This document shows, in pieces, positions 7,444 through 17,020 of a stretch of DNA of 64,000 nucleotides; within the stretch, counting starts at the first letter, position 1; each line of letters opens with the position of its first letter. A program made the position numbers and the translations under genes. Under the pieces are notes generated by a model. That model ran no database searches. It had not been told where the DNA came from and saw nothing but the letters and a program-made list of their open reading frames with translations. Source of the stretch: Actinomycetota bacterium (GTDB lineage Bacteria > Actinomycetota > AC-67); NCBI GenBank assembly GCA_040905475.1, contig JBBDRM010000155.1:2122-66121 (forward strand). The letters are read 5' to 3'.

Positions 7444-10005
7444 TCAGGCCTTGTAGATCCGGACCTTTACGTGGAAGGACTGATCGGCCGTGTTCGTCAC
7501 GTACCCCGCCCCGGTGGGGAACAGCGTGTTCGGCGTGGGTCCCTGGCCCTTGGCACCGGGGTGCACCCATAAGCCGAAGTGATGCGGCATGCCGATGGTG
7601 TCGGGGCGGATCGCCTCGGTGTAGTGCGCACGAGCCTTCACCCGCGCGGTCTCGCCGGTCACCGCGTTGTGCGACTCAACCCACGCCTCGTCGCCGTCGC
7701 GGATCCCGTGACGAGCGGCCGTCGCCGGGTTCACGTCGATGTGCTGACGGGGAGCCAGCTCGGCGAGCAGCGGCATGAAGCTCGAGCGCGACTGCTTGTT
7801 CTCGACGAGCTTGTAGCTGATGAGATAGAGGTCGTACTGCGCCGGCGAACCCTCCATCGTCGGGGCGCGCCACGTCGGGAGCGGCGTGTAGTCCTGCCAG
7901 TAGATCTGCTCCGCGCCCTTCGCCTTCATGCCGTGCTGGTAGCCGAGGAGCGACTCACCGTAGAGGCGATGCAGCGCGCCACCGAAGGCCGGCTCCATCC
8001 CATAGCCGTAGACGTCCTTGGCCGCCAGCGGCCCCTTCACCTTGACGCCGTGCTCCTCGAAGTACGCGATGCCTTCGTCGATGTGGTTCGCCTTCGCCCA
8101 GTGGTCGAAGATCTCTCGCACCGCCGGCTTGCGGTCGAGCGAAAGAGCCTGCGCGCCCGACAGCTCGAGGGTCTCGTTTATGTGCGAGAGGTAACCGCCC
8201 TCCCCGAACAGGACCCCGAGCCTCTCCGTCAGGTCCAGGTAGATGTCTATCTCGCCGCGCGATTCACCCAGCGGCTCCATGATGGGGAGCCGAAGCGTAC
8301 TCGCGTCCGTGTACGCGTCGCCCGCCTTGATCGGCCCTTCGTACTTCTCCATCGTGGCAGCCGGTAGGACCACGTCTGCGAACAGGTCCGCCGTCTCGGA
8401 CAGCCAAGGGCTGATCACCGTGACGAATTTGAACTTGTGGTACGCGGCTTTGATCACCTCGGTGTTGGGGAACGAGACGACCGGGTTCGCCATGTGGACG
8501 ATGACCACTTCGGGGATCTTCTCCACGCCGAACTTCTCGGGGTCGAGCATCGCGACCGCGGCGACGGCCGGACTCTTGGAATTGATCGGGAAGAACTTGC
8601 TGTCTTTGAGGGCGATGTCGTACGGAGGGTCTTTGATCTCGATGTGGTCGAGCTTCTCGTAGTTCTCATTGATCTTCCACTTGAAGTCCGAGAAGACGCC
8701 GCCGACCGCGCCGACCGCGCCGAGCAACATGAACGCCAGAAGAATCGCTCGCGTAGCCTGGAATCCGAGCTCCTGCTGCGCGGCGTGGTAGAACATGACG
8801 CCGACCGGCCGGAGGGGGAGATCGAGCCCGTCACGCCGCACGGTGGCGCCGATCATCGCGTTGTCGGCGAGATCTCGGGCGATGCGCCGTATGGCCTCGG
8901 CTGGGACCCCGCAGATTTCCGCAGCCCACTCTGGCGTGTAGGGAGCGATGTGCTCCTTGAGTACCGTAAAGGCCGTGCGCACTTTCTCTCCGTCGACCGT
9001 GAACGCACCGTCGAGCGCCGGCGCGACGCCGGCGGCGTCGTGCGGCTTGGCGGCTTTGACACGCGCATCCCAGACCTGCTCCTTACCGTCGATCCTCAGG
9101 AACGCTCCGTCGCCCTTCACCAGGTACGGCGCGTTCGTGTAGCGCGTGAGGTACTCGCGATCGATCGACCCCCGCGCGATCAGTGCATTCGAAAGCGACA
9201 GCGCCAGCGCCAGGTCGGTCGCGGGCTTGATCGGAAGCCACTCGTCGGCGTGTGGACCGCTGGGACGGCGGCGCGGGTCGATGGCCACTACCTTGAGGCC
9301 GCGTTCGCGGGCGGCGACCAGCTCCCGAGGCCAGGTGATCCAGCACAGCTTGTTTCCGCCGGCGCCGGTGATGTTCCAGCCCCACGCCAGCACGTAGCGG
9401 GCGTTCCGCAGGTCGGGGTGGAGGACACCCTTGATGCCGATCGTGTATTCGCACGCGCGGTATCCGGCGTCGGAGCAGAACGCGCCGTGACCGAGCTTCG
9501 AGGCGCCGATCGCATCGACGAAGGCTTCGTCGTAGAGCTCCTCGGACTTGCTCCGACCCTTCTGCCAAAGAACGAGTTTGGGATCTTTCGCGCGGACCTC
9601 CTGCACCTTCGCGGCAACGAGCGACAGCGCCTCGTCCCATGAAGCCTTCCGCCACCGGCCCGTAGCCCCTTTTTCGTTGGTTCGGATCAATGGTGTCTTT
9701 ACGCGGTTGGGGTCGTACAAGGCCGAGATCTGGCCGACGCCCTTCGGGCAGAGCGTGCCGAGGTTGCGGGGATGCTCCGGCATCCCTTCGAGCTTGACCA
9801 CGCGCCCGCCGATCTTCCGAGCGACGATGCCGCAGTCCTGCTTTCCGATCCAGCAGGCGGTGGGAACCAGCTCCTCTTTGAGCGCGGCGCCCGCCGTCGT
9901 CTTCGCAACGAGCGTCTGAGGACCGTCGGTGAAGAAGCGGGTCGTTGCGAGCGCTCCGCCTCCAGCGCCCACGCCTTTGAGGAACGTCCGTCGGCTGAGC
10001 TTCAT
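7444..10005 (-). CDS. TAT-exported molybdopterin oxidoreductase catalytic subunit (Psr/Phs/Ttr-type, substrate unknown)
   Basis: Twin-arginine signal MKLSRRTFLKGVGAGGG; N-terminal Cys cluster CWIGKQDC...LCPKG; 853 aa molybdopterin-oxidoreductase composition; GGGAGGGG RBS upstream of ATG at 10005. Confidence 0.9.
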   Translation of the reverse strand: MKLSRRTFLKGVGAGGGALATTRFFTDGPQTLVAKTTAGAALKEELVPTACWIGKQDCGIVARKIGGRVVKLEGMPEHPRNLGTLCPKGVGQISALYDPNRVKTPLIRTNEKGATGRWRKASWDEALSLVAAKVQEVRAKDPKLVLWQKGRSKSEELYDEAFVDAIGASKLGHGAFCSDAGYRACEYTIGIKGVLHPDLRNARYVLAWGWNITGAGGNKLCWITWPRELVAARERGLKVVAIDPRRRPSGPHADEWLPIKPATDLALALSLSNALIARGSIDREYLTRYTNAPYLVKGDGAFLRIDGKEQVWDARVKAAKPHDAAGVAPALDGAFTVDGEKVRTAFTVLKEHIAPYTPEWAAEICGVPAEAIRRIARDLADNAMIGATVRRDGLDLPLRPVGVMFYHAAQQELGFQATRAILLAFMLLGAVGAVGGVFSDFKWKINENYEKLDHIEIKDPPYDIALKDSKFFPINSKSPAVAAVAMLDPEKFGVEKIPEVVIVHMANPVVSFPNTEVIKAAYHKFKFVTVISPWLSETADLFADVVLPAATMEKYEGPIKAGDAYTDASTLRLPIMEPLGESRGEIDIYLDLTERLGVLFGEGGYLSHINETLELSGAQALSLDRKPAVREIFDHWAKANHIDEGIAYFEEHGVKVKGPLAAKDVYGYGMEPAFGGALHRLYGESLLGYQHGMKAKGAEQIYWQDYTPLPTWRAPTMEGSPAQYDLYLISYKLVENKQSRSSFMPLLAELAPRQHIDVNPATAARHGIRDGDEAWVESHNAVTGETARVKARAHYTEAIRPDTIGMPHHFGLWVHPGAKGQGPTPNTLFPTGAGYVTNTADQSFHVKVRIYKA

Positions 10006-10282
10006 GTTGGTCCCCTCCCGTGACGGCACGGTGAATGGGGCAAGCATTACCCGCTGGCTGGTCCGACATAAGGGGCGACCGGCCCTTCGGCGGGGGGCCA
10101 TCGGCCCTGGGGAACCAAGTGGGCCCGCGGTTCTCCTTCCGGAGGGAGCCCCCGCGATCGACGGACGCCCAGGGGCGTCACAGCGGGATCGGCGTCTTGC
10201 TCGGTGGGGCGGGAGAAAGTGTGGCGCCTACGGATTTCCCGTCAGCAACTTTCCGCGCAGCACGCTAGCGAGAGCCGGAGAC

Positions 10283-10393
10283 GGACCTGACCCCGACGTC
10301 GAAGCCGGCGTTCGCGATCGTGACCCTCAGATCCTCCCACCGCAAGCGAGCCGTCTCATACTCGACGTTCGCGCAGCCCATCGCCTCGTTCAC
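10283..10393 (-). pseudogene. truncated remnant of an HMA-like (HCxxC) gene: C-terminal half only
   Basis: Reverse-strand translation VNEAMGCANVEYETARLRWEDLRVTIANAGFDV matches C-terminus of the 25316-25660 gene; about 85% nt identity over roughly 90 nt to 25391-25480; no N-terminal metal-binding half. Confidence 0.5.
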
Positions 10394-10522
10394 CGAATTT
10401 CGCGGTCGTGCCGACCGGCGGCCTGCCCACCGGGGCTCCCGTGCGCGTGGAGCTCATCGAGGCCGGGAGCGCTGAGCCGGGACGCCGAGCCTCGTCCGGC
10501 GAACCGGCACAGCCGCCTCTCG

Positions 10523-11488
10523 TTAGATCGCCTGCCAGTCAGGACGCTGATCCATAACCTCGTTGACGGTGAGGGGCGCGACCGAAGTCCCGTCGGCGTT
10601 CATGACGTAGACCTCCTCGTCGCCGTCGCGGCTGGAGCCGAAGACGATCCTCGTGCCATCGGGAGACCAGACCGGGGCGCCGTCGGGCGTCGTGTCGAAC
10701 GTGAGCCTCACCGGCGATCCCGGCACATCCATCGTGTAGATCTCCCAGTCGATGGGCCCCGAGCCGACGCACGTGCCGTCGCATGCGCCGAAGACGAGGC
10801 GGCTGATCGCCGGAGCCGGGTACCAGTCGGGCGACGACTCGTAGACCGATGGCGTGTTCGTCACGTTGATGCGGCTCGACCCGTCGGTCCGCACGACGTA
10901 GAGGTCCGGCGGCTCCGATGAAGTGCAGCATCCGACGGTTCCACGGAAGGCGATCCACGTTCCGTCGGGTGACCACACGGGCTCGTGTTCCATCCCGAAT
11001 GTCTGGGTGAGCTGGATCGGCTTCTTCCCGTCGGCGTTCATCACCCACAGATCGGTGCCCGGATCCTTCCCGCGCGCGGACGCGAACACGATCTTCTTGC
11101 CGTCGGGCGACCAAGCTGGATCTCTGTCCGACCAGCTGTTTCGCGTCAGCCGCTTGACGCCCGTGCCGTCGGCGTTCATCACGTAGATCTCGAAGTTCCC
11201 GGCGCGGAACGAGCTGAACGCGATCTTGGTTCCGTCGGCCGACCACGCCGCCTCGCCGTCGTAGGCGGTGTTGCGCGTCAGGTTCGCCGCCCCCGAGCCG
11301 TCGGCGCTCATGACGTAGATCTCGCTGTTGCCGTCTCGACTCGACATGAACAGCAGCTTGCCGTTGAGGCCCGGGAACGACGCCTCGGCGGACGGAATCG
11401 CCATCGCCGCAAGTGTGACCATCGCCGCTGCAACGAGCATGGATCGCCGATTCATGACGGATCTTCTCCTTTCGGTTCGGCGCGTCAC
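10523..11488 (-). CDS. secreted TolB-like PD40 beta-propeller repeat protein
   Basis: Signal peptide (MNRRSMLVAAAMVTLAAMAIPSAEA); repeated PD40 motifs (SPDG/SADG...IAF/IVF...IYVMNADG). Confidence 0.8.
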   Translation of the reverse strand: MTRRTERRRSVMNRRSMLVAAAMVTLAAMAIPSAEASFPGLNGKLLFMSSRDGNSEIYVMSADGSGAANLTRNTAYDGEAAWSADGTKIAFSSFRAGNFEIYVMNADGTGVKRLTRNSWSDRDPAWSPDGKKIVFASARGKDPGTDLWVMNADGKKPIQLTQTFGMEHEPVWSPDGTWIAFRGTVGCCTSSEPPDLYVVRTDGSSRINVTNTPSVYESSPDWYPAPAISRLVFGACDGTCVGSGPIDWEIYTMDVPGSPVRLTFDTTPDGAPVWSPDGTRIVFGSSRDGDEEVYVMNADGTSVAPLTVNEVMDQRPDWQAI

Positions 11489-11970
11489 GGTGCCGTGGAT
11501 ATCGGCGTGGGATCACCGAGCGGATCGGCGATCGTCACCGGTCGCGCTCCGGCGGTCACCGCGAGACAGCCGGCATCCGGAGCCCAGTCCTCAAGTCGCA
11601 TCGAACGGGACCACGTCACGATGCAGAAAGCCGGGTCGTCATCCTGGAGCGGGGACCACGAGAACGTGACGGTACGCGTCCTCGGATCGACCCCGGTCGA
11701 CCCCTGCGCGAGGCCGGTACTCATCGATTCGCCATCCAAGATCACGAGGTCGTACTCGACGATGCCCGCGCACCTCGCCACGCCCGTCCCCATCGAGACC
11801 TCGAACGCGTAGCCGGACAGCCCATCAGGGCCGGGTCCGGAAACCAGGGAGGAGACCGCCGTGAGCGAAGCGATGTCGCCGCACCTGGCCGCCCCCGCAA
11901 CGGCCGGAACGCCGCCCGTGAACACGAACCCCAGGACCAACACCGTCAAGCCCGTGAGCCGCCTGGCCAT
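11485..11970 (-). CDS. secreted hypothetical protein
   Basis: N-terminal signal-like hydrophobic segment; 4-nt overlap with TolB-like gene start; no recognisable domain. Confidence 0.45.
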   Translation of the reverse strand: MARRLTGLTVLVLGFVFTGGVPAVAGAARCGDIASLTAVSSLVSGPGPDGLSGYAFEVSMGTGVARCAGIVEYDLVILDGESMSTGLAQGSTGVDPRTRTVTFSWSPLQDDDPAFCIVTWSRSMRLEDWAPDAGCLAVTAGARPVTIADPLGDPTPISTAP

Positions 11971-12140
11971 GATCCCCACCGCCTTCCATCAGCCTGAGAT
12001 CGCTCGAAGAGCGGTCTTCGCATTGGGAGTCGCTTGCCGCAGCCCGGTTCCGTCGGTCGAGGAGGATCCCCACCCGGCCCGGCGCGGCCGGGCCGGATGA
12101 CCCGGGCAACGAGAGACACTTGGGCCTGAGGATCTAGAGC

Positions 12141-12175
12141 GACGGAAATCAGGGCAGCCGCGCGACACACTGGAT
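12141..12175 (+). promoter_or_regulatory. possible ECF-type promoter (GGAAAT ... CGAC) upstream of ECF sigma gene
   Basis: GGAAAT followed about 15 nt later by CGCGAC, about 35 nt upstream of the sigma start; weak pattern match only. Confidence 0.2.
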
Positions 12176-12183
12176 GGCCGTGG

Positions 12184-12723
12184 ATGGATGGATCGCAGGC
12201 CGGGATCGTGATCGACCTGAAGGATCGGGCCGGGTTCCGGTCCTTCTATCGGCAGGCGCTCCCTCGCGTTTACGGTTACCTGTTCCACCGGTGCGGCTGC
12301 GTGCCGGCGGTGGCGGAGGACCTGACCCAGGAGACGTTCATGGCCGGCGTCGCGCAGATCAAGCGGGGGATCGCGGTTGAGGATCCGATCCCCTGGATCC
12401 TCGGGATCGCAAGGCACAAGCTCATCGATAACTACCGGCGCGCGGAGAGGGAGCGCCGGACGTTGCGTCGCGCCTATGAGCCGGATCCCGTCCCGGAGGA
12501 CAGCCTGGTCTGGGATGAGGAGCACGGCCGCGAGCGCGCGCTCGCCGCCCTCGCCGCCTTGCCGGCGTCCCAGAGCGCTGCCCTGACCCTGCGCTACGTC
12601 GACGGATTCTCCGTCCCCGAGGTTGCGGGAACGCTCGCGCGGAGCGTCCACGCGACCGAGTCGCTGCTCGCGCGCGGTCGCGAAGGGTTCAAGCGCGCCT
12701 ATACGGAGGCCTCCCATGCGTGA
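12184..12723 (+). CDS. ECF-family RNA polymerase sigma factor
   Basis: Sigma-70 region 2 (GYLFHRCG..AEDLTQETF) and region 4 (LPASQSAALTLRYVDGFSVPEVAG); ATGCGTGA overlap with downstream anti-sigma gene. Confidence 0.85.
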   Translation: MDGSQAGIVIDLKDRAGFRSFYRQALPRVYGYLFHRCGCVPAVAEDLTQETFMAGVAQIKRGIAVEDPIPWILGIARHKLIDNYRRAERERRTLRRAYEPDPVPEDSLVWDEEHGRERALAALAALPASQSAALTLRYVDGFSVPEVAGTLARSVHATESLLARGREGFKRAYTEASHA

Positions 12724-14581
12724 GGATCCCCTCGCCATGATCCTGGCCGGGATGGACCATCCCATCGAGCCGCGCGTGGAGTTCGCCGAGCGCCTGCTCG
12801 ATCGCCTAGAGGGCGAGCTGCGGCCGGATCCGCGCGCGATTCCGTCCTCGACACCGCGCCGGCGGTGGCGGGGAGCGCGGCGACTTGTGCCGGCGTTCAC
12901 GGTCCTCGTCGGCCTCGTCGTCGGCGCGCTCGTAGTGTTCCCCCGTCCACCGTCCGCGCTCGCGGTGCTGCAGGAGGCGAGGCACCGGTTCGCGGCGCTC
13001 CCGCCGTTCCACGCCACCGTCCTCAGCCTCTACGACGAAAGCGCCTCGTCGCCGGATTACGAGGTCGAGGTGCTCCGCGAGGACTGGTACCGGAGCGACG
13101 CCGCGTGGCGGTCGAAGATCCTGCGAACCAACTCGACTCCATTCGGCGTCACCGGTTCGTTCGACGTCTCCGACGGAGCGCTCGTCGGCCGCTACAACCC
13201 GCGCTCGAACATCTTCTCGGTGCGGCCGCTCGCAGAGGTCGGAAGTGCAGTGCGGTCGAGCCCGGCCGCGCCGTTCGATCCGGCCCTGCAGTGGTGGCCC
13301 GAGGCGACCGGTGACGAGGGGAAGCCCTCCGACGCGTTCTTCGAGGAGAACTGTCATGCGACCTCGGTGCGATTCCTCGGGCGCGGCGCTCGCAAGCTCA
13401 TCTGCCCGGTTCGCCCGACGCAGCCTCGCGACATCGAGCTGTGGGTCGACGACGAGACGGGCATGCTGGTGAAGGTGGTCACATTCGAGGTCGTGCACGA
13501 GATCCGGAGCATCGAGTTCGATCCGAACTTCGCGGAGGGTCTCTTCGAAGTCGTCCCACCGGCCGGCGCGCGCAAGCGCTGGGTCGGCGAGGGACCTCCG
13601 GCGCCCGGATACGAGATCGTCCTCGGGACCGAGATCGCCGCGCGTATCCCGATCGGTGAGACCGACGGTTTCACGGTCGCGGCCGGGGAGAGCGCGCTAT
13701 GGCTTGTCAACTGGATCCCCACCACGCCGCCGGCGCCGTATGCCACCGAGATCATCCGGATCGACCCGGCGTCCGGGCGCATCGTTGCCAGGATCCCGGC
13801 GCCGGAGAGTGACCTTCAGATCGTAAGTGTCCTCGAGCGAAGCGGGTTCCTGTGGGTCGCGTTCGACCGGGAGGAGGGATCGCGAGCGTCGCGGATGCTG
13901 CAGCGCCTCGACGTCTCGACGAATGTCTTCGTGGATCCCCGCCTCGACCTTGGCGAGGGGTTCGGCGGCATGACTCTCGCCGACGGCGTGCTGTGGACGG
14001 CGGCCGGTGTCGGGAGAGACGTTACCTCCGGGCGGGCGCAGCTTCGCTATGGTTCGCTATCGCGCGTCGATCCGGAGACGTTCGAGGTTTCGCGGTATCC
14101 GCTGGACGGCGCGCCCATGGACCTCGCCTTCCAGGCGGGTTCGCTATGGATCTCACTAGGGAAGGTCAACGACACCGATCGCTTCGACGACGACCATGCG
14201 ATCGCGCGCGTCGATCCGGCCATGCGGAAGGTCCAGACCGAGATCGCCGTCCCGCACGGTCCGAGCGGCCTCCTCGCCGCCGCCGGCTTCATGTGGACGA
14301 TCATGGGCGAGCCCTGGACGCTGGTGAGGATCGACCCGGCGACGAACGCGCGCGCCAAGGTACCGACAGGGAACGGTGGAGGTGAGGTCGCCTACGACGG
14401 GCGCTTCATCTGGGCGACAAGCTCCGACGACGACGAGGTCGTCAAGATCGATCCGGCTACGCTGAAGGTGGTCGCGCGTATCAGGACAGGCCGCGGACCG
14501 GGCTCGGTCGCAGCCGGCTTCGGCTCGGTGTGGGTCGCCAACGGGATCGACGGCACCCTGGCCCGCATCGACGTGCCGTAG
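12716..14581 (+). CDS. membrane-anchored anti-sigma factor with extracytoplasmic beta-propeller-like domain
   Basis: Translationally coupled to ECF sigma; short cytoplasmic N-terminus, one TM (LVPAFTVLVGLVVGALVVF), about 520 aa ectodomain with repeated VARI...G..P...A propeller-blade-like segments. Confidence 0.7.
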   Translation: MREDPLAMILAGMDHPIEPRVEFAERLLDRLEGELRPDPRAIPSSTPRRRWRGARRLVPAFTVLVGLVVGALVVFPRPPSALAVLQEARHRFAALPPFHATVLSLYDESASSPDYEVEVLREDWYRSDAAWRSKILRTNSTPFGVTGSFDVSDGALVGRYNPRSNIFSVRPLAEVGSAVRSSPAAPFDPALQWWPEATGDEGKPSDAFFEENCHATSVRFLGRGARKLICPVRPTQPRDIELWVDDETGMLVKVVTFEVVHEIRSIEFDPNFAEGLFEVVPPAGARKRWVGEGPPAPGYEIVLGTEIAARIPIGETDGFTVAAGESALWLVNWIPTTPPAPYATEIIRIDPASGRIVARIPAPESDLQIVSVLERSGFLWVAFDREEGSRASRMLQRLDVSTNVFVDPRLDLGEGFGGMTLADGVLWTAAGVGRDVTSGRAQLRYGSLSRVDPETFEVSRYPLDGAPMDLAFQAGSLWISLGKVNDTDRFDDDHAIARVDPAMRKVQTEIAVPHGPSGLLAAAGFMWTIMGEPWTLVRIDPATNARAKVPTGNGGGEVAYDGRFIWATSSDDDEVVKIDPATLKVVARIRTGRGPGSVAAGFGSVWVANGIDGTLARIDVP

Positions 14582-14671
14582 CGGGGCGTCGGCGATGCCA
14601 AGAGGGTTGAGCCCAACTAGTGGAACCACGTTTCGAGCACTCGCTCGAACGGACCACGCAGCCGTCCCGCG

Positions 14672-16063
14672 TCAGACGGCCGCGGCCTTGCGGAGCTCGT
14701 CGAAGCTGTCACGCGTGTACGCGGCCAGCAGCTCGAGATCGGGGAACGCCGCCCAGTCCGCAGTGAATCCGAACCCCATCACACCGACCAACGTGACGAT
14801 CCCGACCGAGAGCGCCACGGTCGCGCCGAGCGGCATGAGCGGGTAGTAGGCGACGAGCCGCGTTCCGTCGAGATAGAGAGGGATCTGCGGGCCTGGCACG
14901 TTCGACGCAACCAGGTTGATCACGCGTTGGTGACCGTTGCCGAAGCGCGCAAGCGCCGCGTGCAACCCCGGCGGAGCCAGCATCGCGAGGTGGATGAGGC
15001 CCGTCGCGGCATCATCCTGATGCGACGCCTTCAAGCGCCGCGTCTCCGCATTCACGAGTCGCAAGCGCTCGGTTGCCTCCATCGGCCCGACGGGAAGGTC
15101 CACGAAGAAGGTCGTCACTTGGTTGCCCTGACCAGGCCGGTCCGCGGCGGTCCGCAGCGACTCGGGCATCAACGACCGAAGGGCCCTGCCTTCGACGGGT
15201 TCCCCGCGGTGTTCGAGCAGCCTCCAGAGCGCGCCGGCCAACGTCGTGAGGATCACATCGTTGACGGTTCCGCCGAGCGACCGTTTCACCGCGCGCGCTT
15301 CGTCCAGTGAGATCTCCGTCATCGCGAACCGTCGGCTCCCGCCGATCGCGGTGTTGAAGGGGCTGAGGGGCGCGAGGCCGCGGCGAACGAGTCCGACCAT
15401 GCCCTCCGCCACTGCACCGGCGTCCTTCATCACAGCGCGCGGATCGCGTATCACGTTGATCATCGTGCGCCCGAGCGCGCCGGCCGGTTCGGTGACACGG
15501 TCGAGGAGTGCGTCTCGCAGCATGCGAATCGGCGTTGGTTGGGGTTCGGGCTGCCACGGAAGAACGGTGAGCAGCGGAGGATCCGGATCGTGATCGAGGA
15601 GGAGCGCGCAGGCGTCCATGCCGCCGATCCCGTCGAGCATCGCGTGATGCGCTTTCGTCAACGTGGCCTGGTATCCGTCCTCGAGTCCGTCGATCAGGTG
15701 CATCTCCCAAAGCGGCCGCCCCCGGTCGAGCTGCTGCGAGTGGATCCGGGCGGTGAGGTCGGCCAGCTCCCGCGGTCCCCCCGGCGGCGGCACAACAGCA
15801 CGCCTAACGTGGAAGTCGAGAGCGAGATCCGCGGCGTCCACCCATGCGGGGCGGCCGCTGCCGAAGGGAGGGAACAGCACCTGCTGACGGAACCGAGGCA
15901 CCCTGTGGAGCCGCGACGCCGTCAGGTCCCGGAGGCGCTCCACCGTCAGCGGCCGGGGGGCGCCGGATGGGTCCAATATGGCCAGACCCCCGACGTGCAT
16001 GTGCACCTTAGGAGTCTCCAGATAAAGGAACGACGCGTCGAGCGCGCTCAATCGGTCCGGCAC
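14672..16063 (-). CDS. wax ester synthase/diacylglycerol acyltransferase (WS/DGAT)
   Basis: HHxxxDG active-site motif (HHAMLDGIGG); about 460 aa; typical N-terminus MPDRLSALDASFLYLE. Confidence 0.9.
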   Translation of the reverse strand: MPDRLSALDASFLYLETPKVHMHVGGLAILDPSGAPRPLTVERLRDLTASRLHRVPRFRQQVLFPPFGSGRPAWVDAADLALDFHVRRAVVPPPGGPRELADLTARIHSQQLDRGRPLWEMHLIDGLEDGYQATLTKAHHAMLDGIGGMDACALLLDHDPDPPLLTVLPWQPEPQPTPIRMLRDALLDRVTEPAGALGRTMINVIRDPRAVMKDAGAVAEGMVGLVRRGLAPLSPFNTAIGGSRRFAMTEISLDEARAVKRSLGGTVNDVILTTLAGALWRLLEHRGEPVEGRALRSLMPESLRTAADRPGQGNQVTTFFVDLPVGPMEATERLRLVNAETRRLKASHQDDAATGLIHLAMLAPPGLHAALARFGNGHQRVINLVASNVPGPQIPLYLDGTRLVAYYPLMPLGATVALSVGIVTLVGVMGFGFTADWAAFPDLELLAAYTRDSFDELRKAAAV

Positions 16064-16192
16064 CGCTCGCCCCCCTTCTTCGCCTTCGATCGTCTCGGCT
16101 GAGATCCACGAGCGATACGGCCGGATGGCCCGTCACGGCAGGGACGCGAGACGCCGGCACGCAGTCCCGAGCGCCGGGCTCTCAGCTGCACG

Positions 16193-16483
16193 ATGTCGAC
16201 CGCGTCGCGATCCCGCCGGCACCTCGTACTCGCAGTCATGGCGGCCAGCGTCGGGCTCCGAGTCACCCCCGGTCTGACCATCGGGGCAGTCGGGCTATTC
16301 GCGTACGTGACGGGCGCAGTCGTTCGCAACTTCGGCGACGCGCTCGGCGTGCCAACGGCGCTGGCGGTCACCGGCGTCGTCATCCTCGTCGTCGCCGTGC
16401 TGACGGCGCGACTCATGGGGGTGACGAAACAGAGCCCGGAACAGGCTCCGGCCAAGTGGCCGCCGCTTCGCAAAGCCTCGTGA
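16193..16483 (+). CDS. small membrane protein, hypothetical
   Basis: 96 aa with three hydrophobic segments; coding-like GC3 skew; no homology recognised. Confidence 0.35.
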   Translation: MSTASRSRRHLVLAVMAASVGLRVTPGLTIGAVGLFAYVTGAVVRNFGDALGVPTALAVTGVVILVVAVLTARLMGVTKQSPEQAPAKWPPLRKAS

Positions 16484-16553
16484 CCGAAGGGTCCGGAACG
16501 GCCCGGCGAAAGCCGGGCCGTTCAACATCGCAACGAGTCTGCAGGTTGCCTTC

Positions 16554-16979
16554 TCAGGCAGCCTGGACCTCGACGCGTTCCCCTGGTGCCAGGCAAGCAA
16601 CCTCGGCCATCCGGTGTGGATGCATCACGGTCACCTCGCCACCGCCATCGATCCGCAGGCGATTCGTGCAATGTGAGACTCCGGCGGCGTCCGGCGAACA
16701 GTTCTCATCCGAGAGTACCGTCGCAATCGTCGCCGTCATGGGAACGGAGCCGGAAACGAGGACCGTATGCAGCGGCTGCCCGGGCCTCGAGATCTGATCG
16801 GAGCCGGTGCTCGCAACGAGCACCGTGCGCTGCTGCGCTATCTGCTGGCCGTGAGACAGGACCCCGGCTCTCTCGCCGGGCGATCCGCCGGATCGAGCGA
16901 CCAAGGCGACGAGTGCACCCGCCAGCAAAGCCACGGCCACGCCGGCGCCGATACTCGCGCGCGATCTCCTTCGCTTCAT
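16554..16979 (-). CDS. secreted hypothetical protein (downstream partner of 153-aa paralog A)
   Basis: Signal peptide MKRRRSRASIGAGVAVALLAGALVALVA; 4-nt overlap region with upstream gene. Confidence 0.5.
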   Translation of the reverse strand: MKRRRSRASIGAGVAVALLAGALVALVARSGGSPGERAGVLSHGQQIAQQRTVLVASTGSDQISRPGQPLHTVLVSGSVPMTATIATVLSDENCSPDAAGVSHCTNRLRIDGGGEVTVMHPHRMAEVACLAPGERVEVQAA

Positions 16980-17020
16980 GACGGTGTCCCTCCGTATCTG
17001 CGCCCGAGACGGGCGGATGA

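Noticed and set aside
8437-10069. Plus-strand ORF 8437-9642 and minus-strand ORF 9083-10069 inside the catalytic-subunit gene
   Set aside because: Frame artefacts of the high-GC molybdopterin gene
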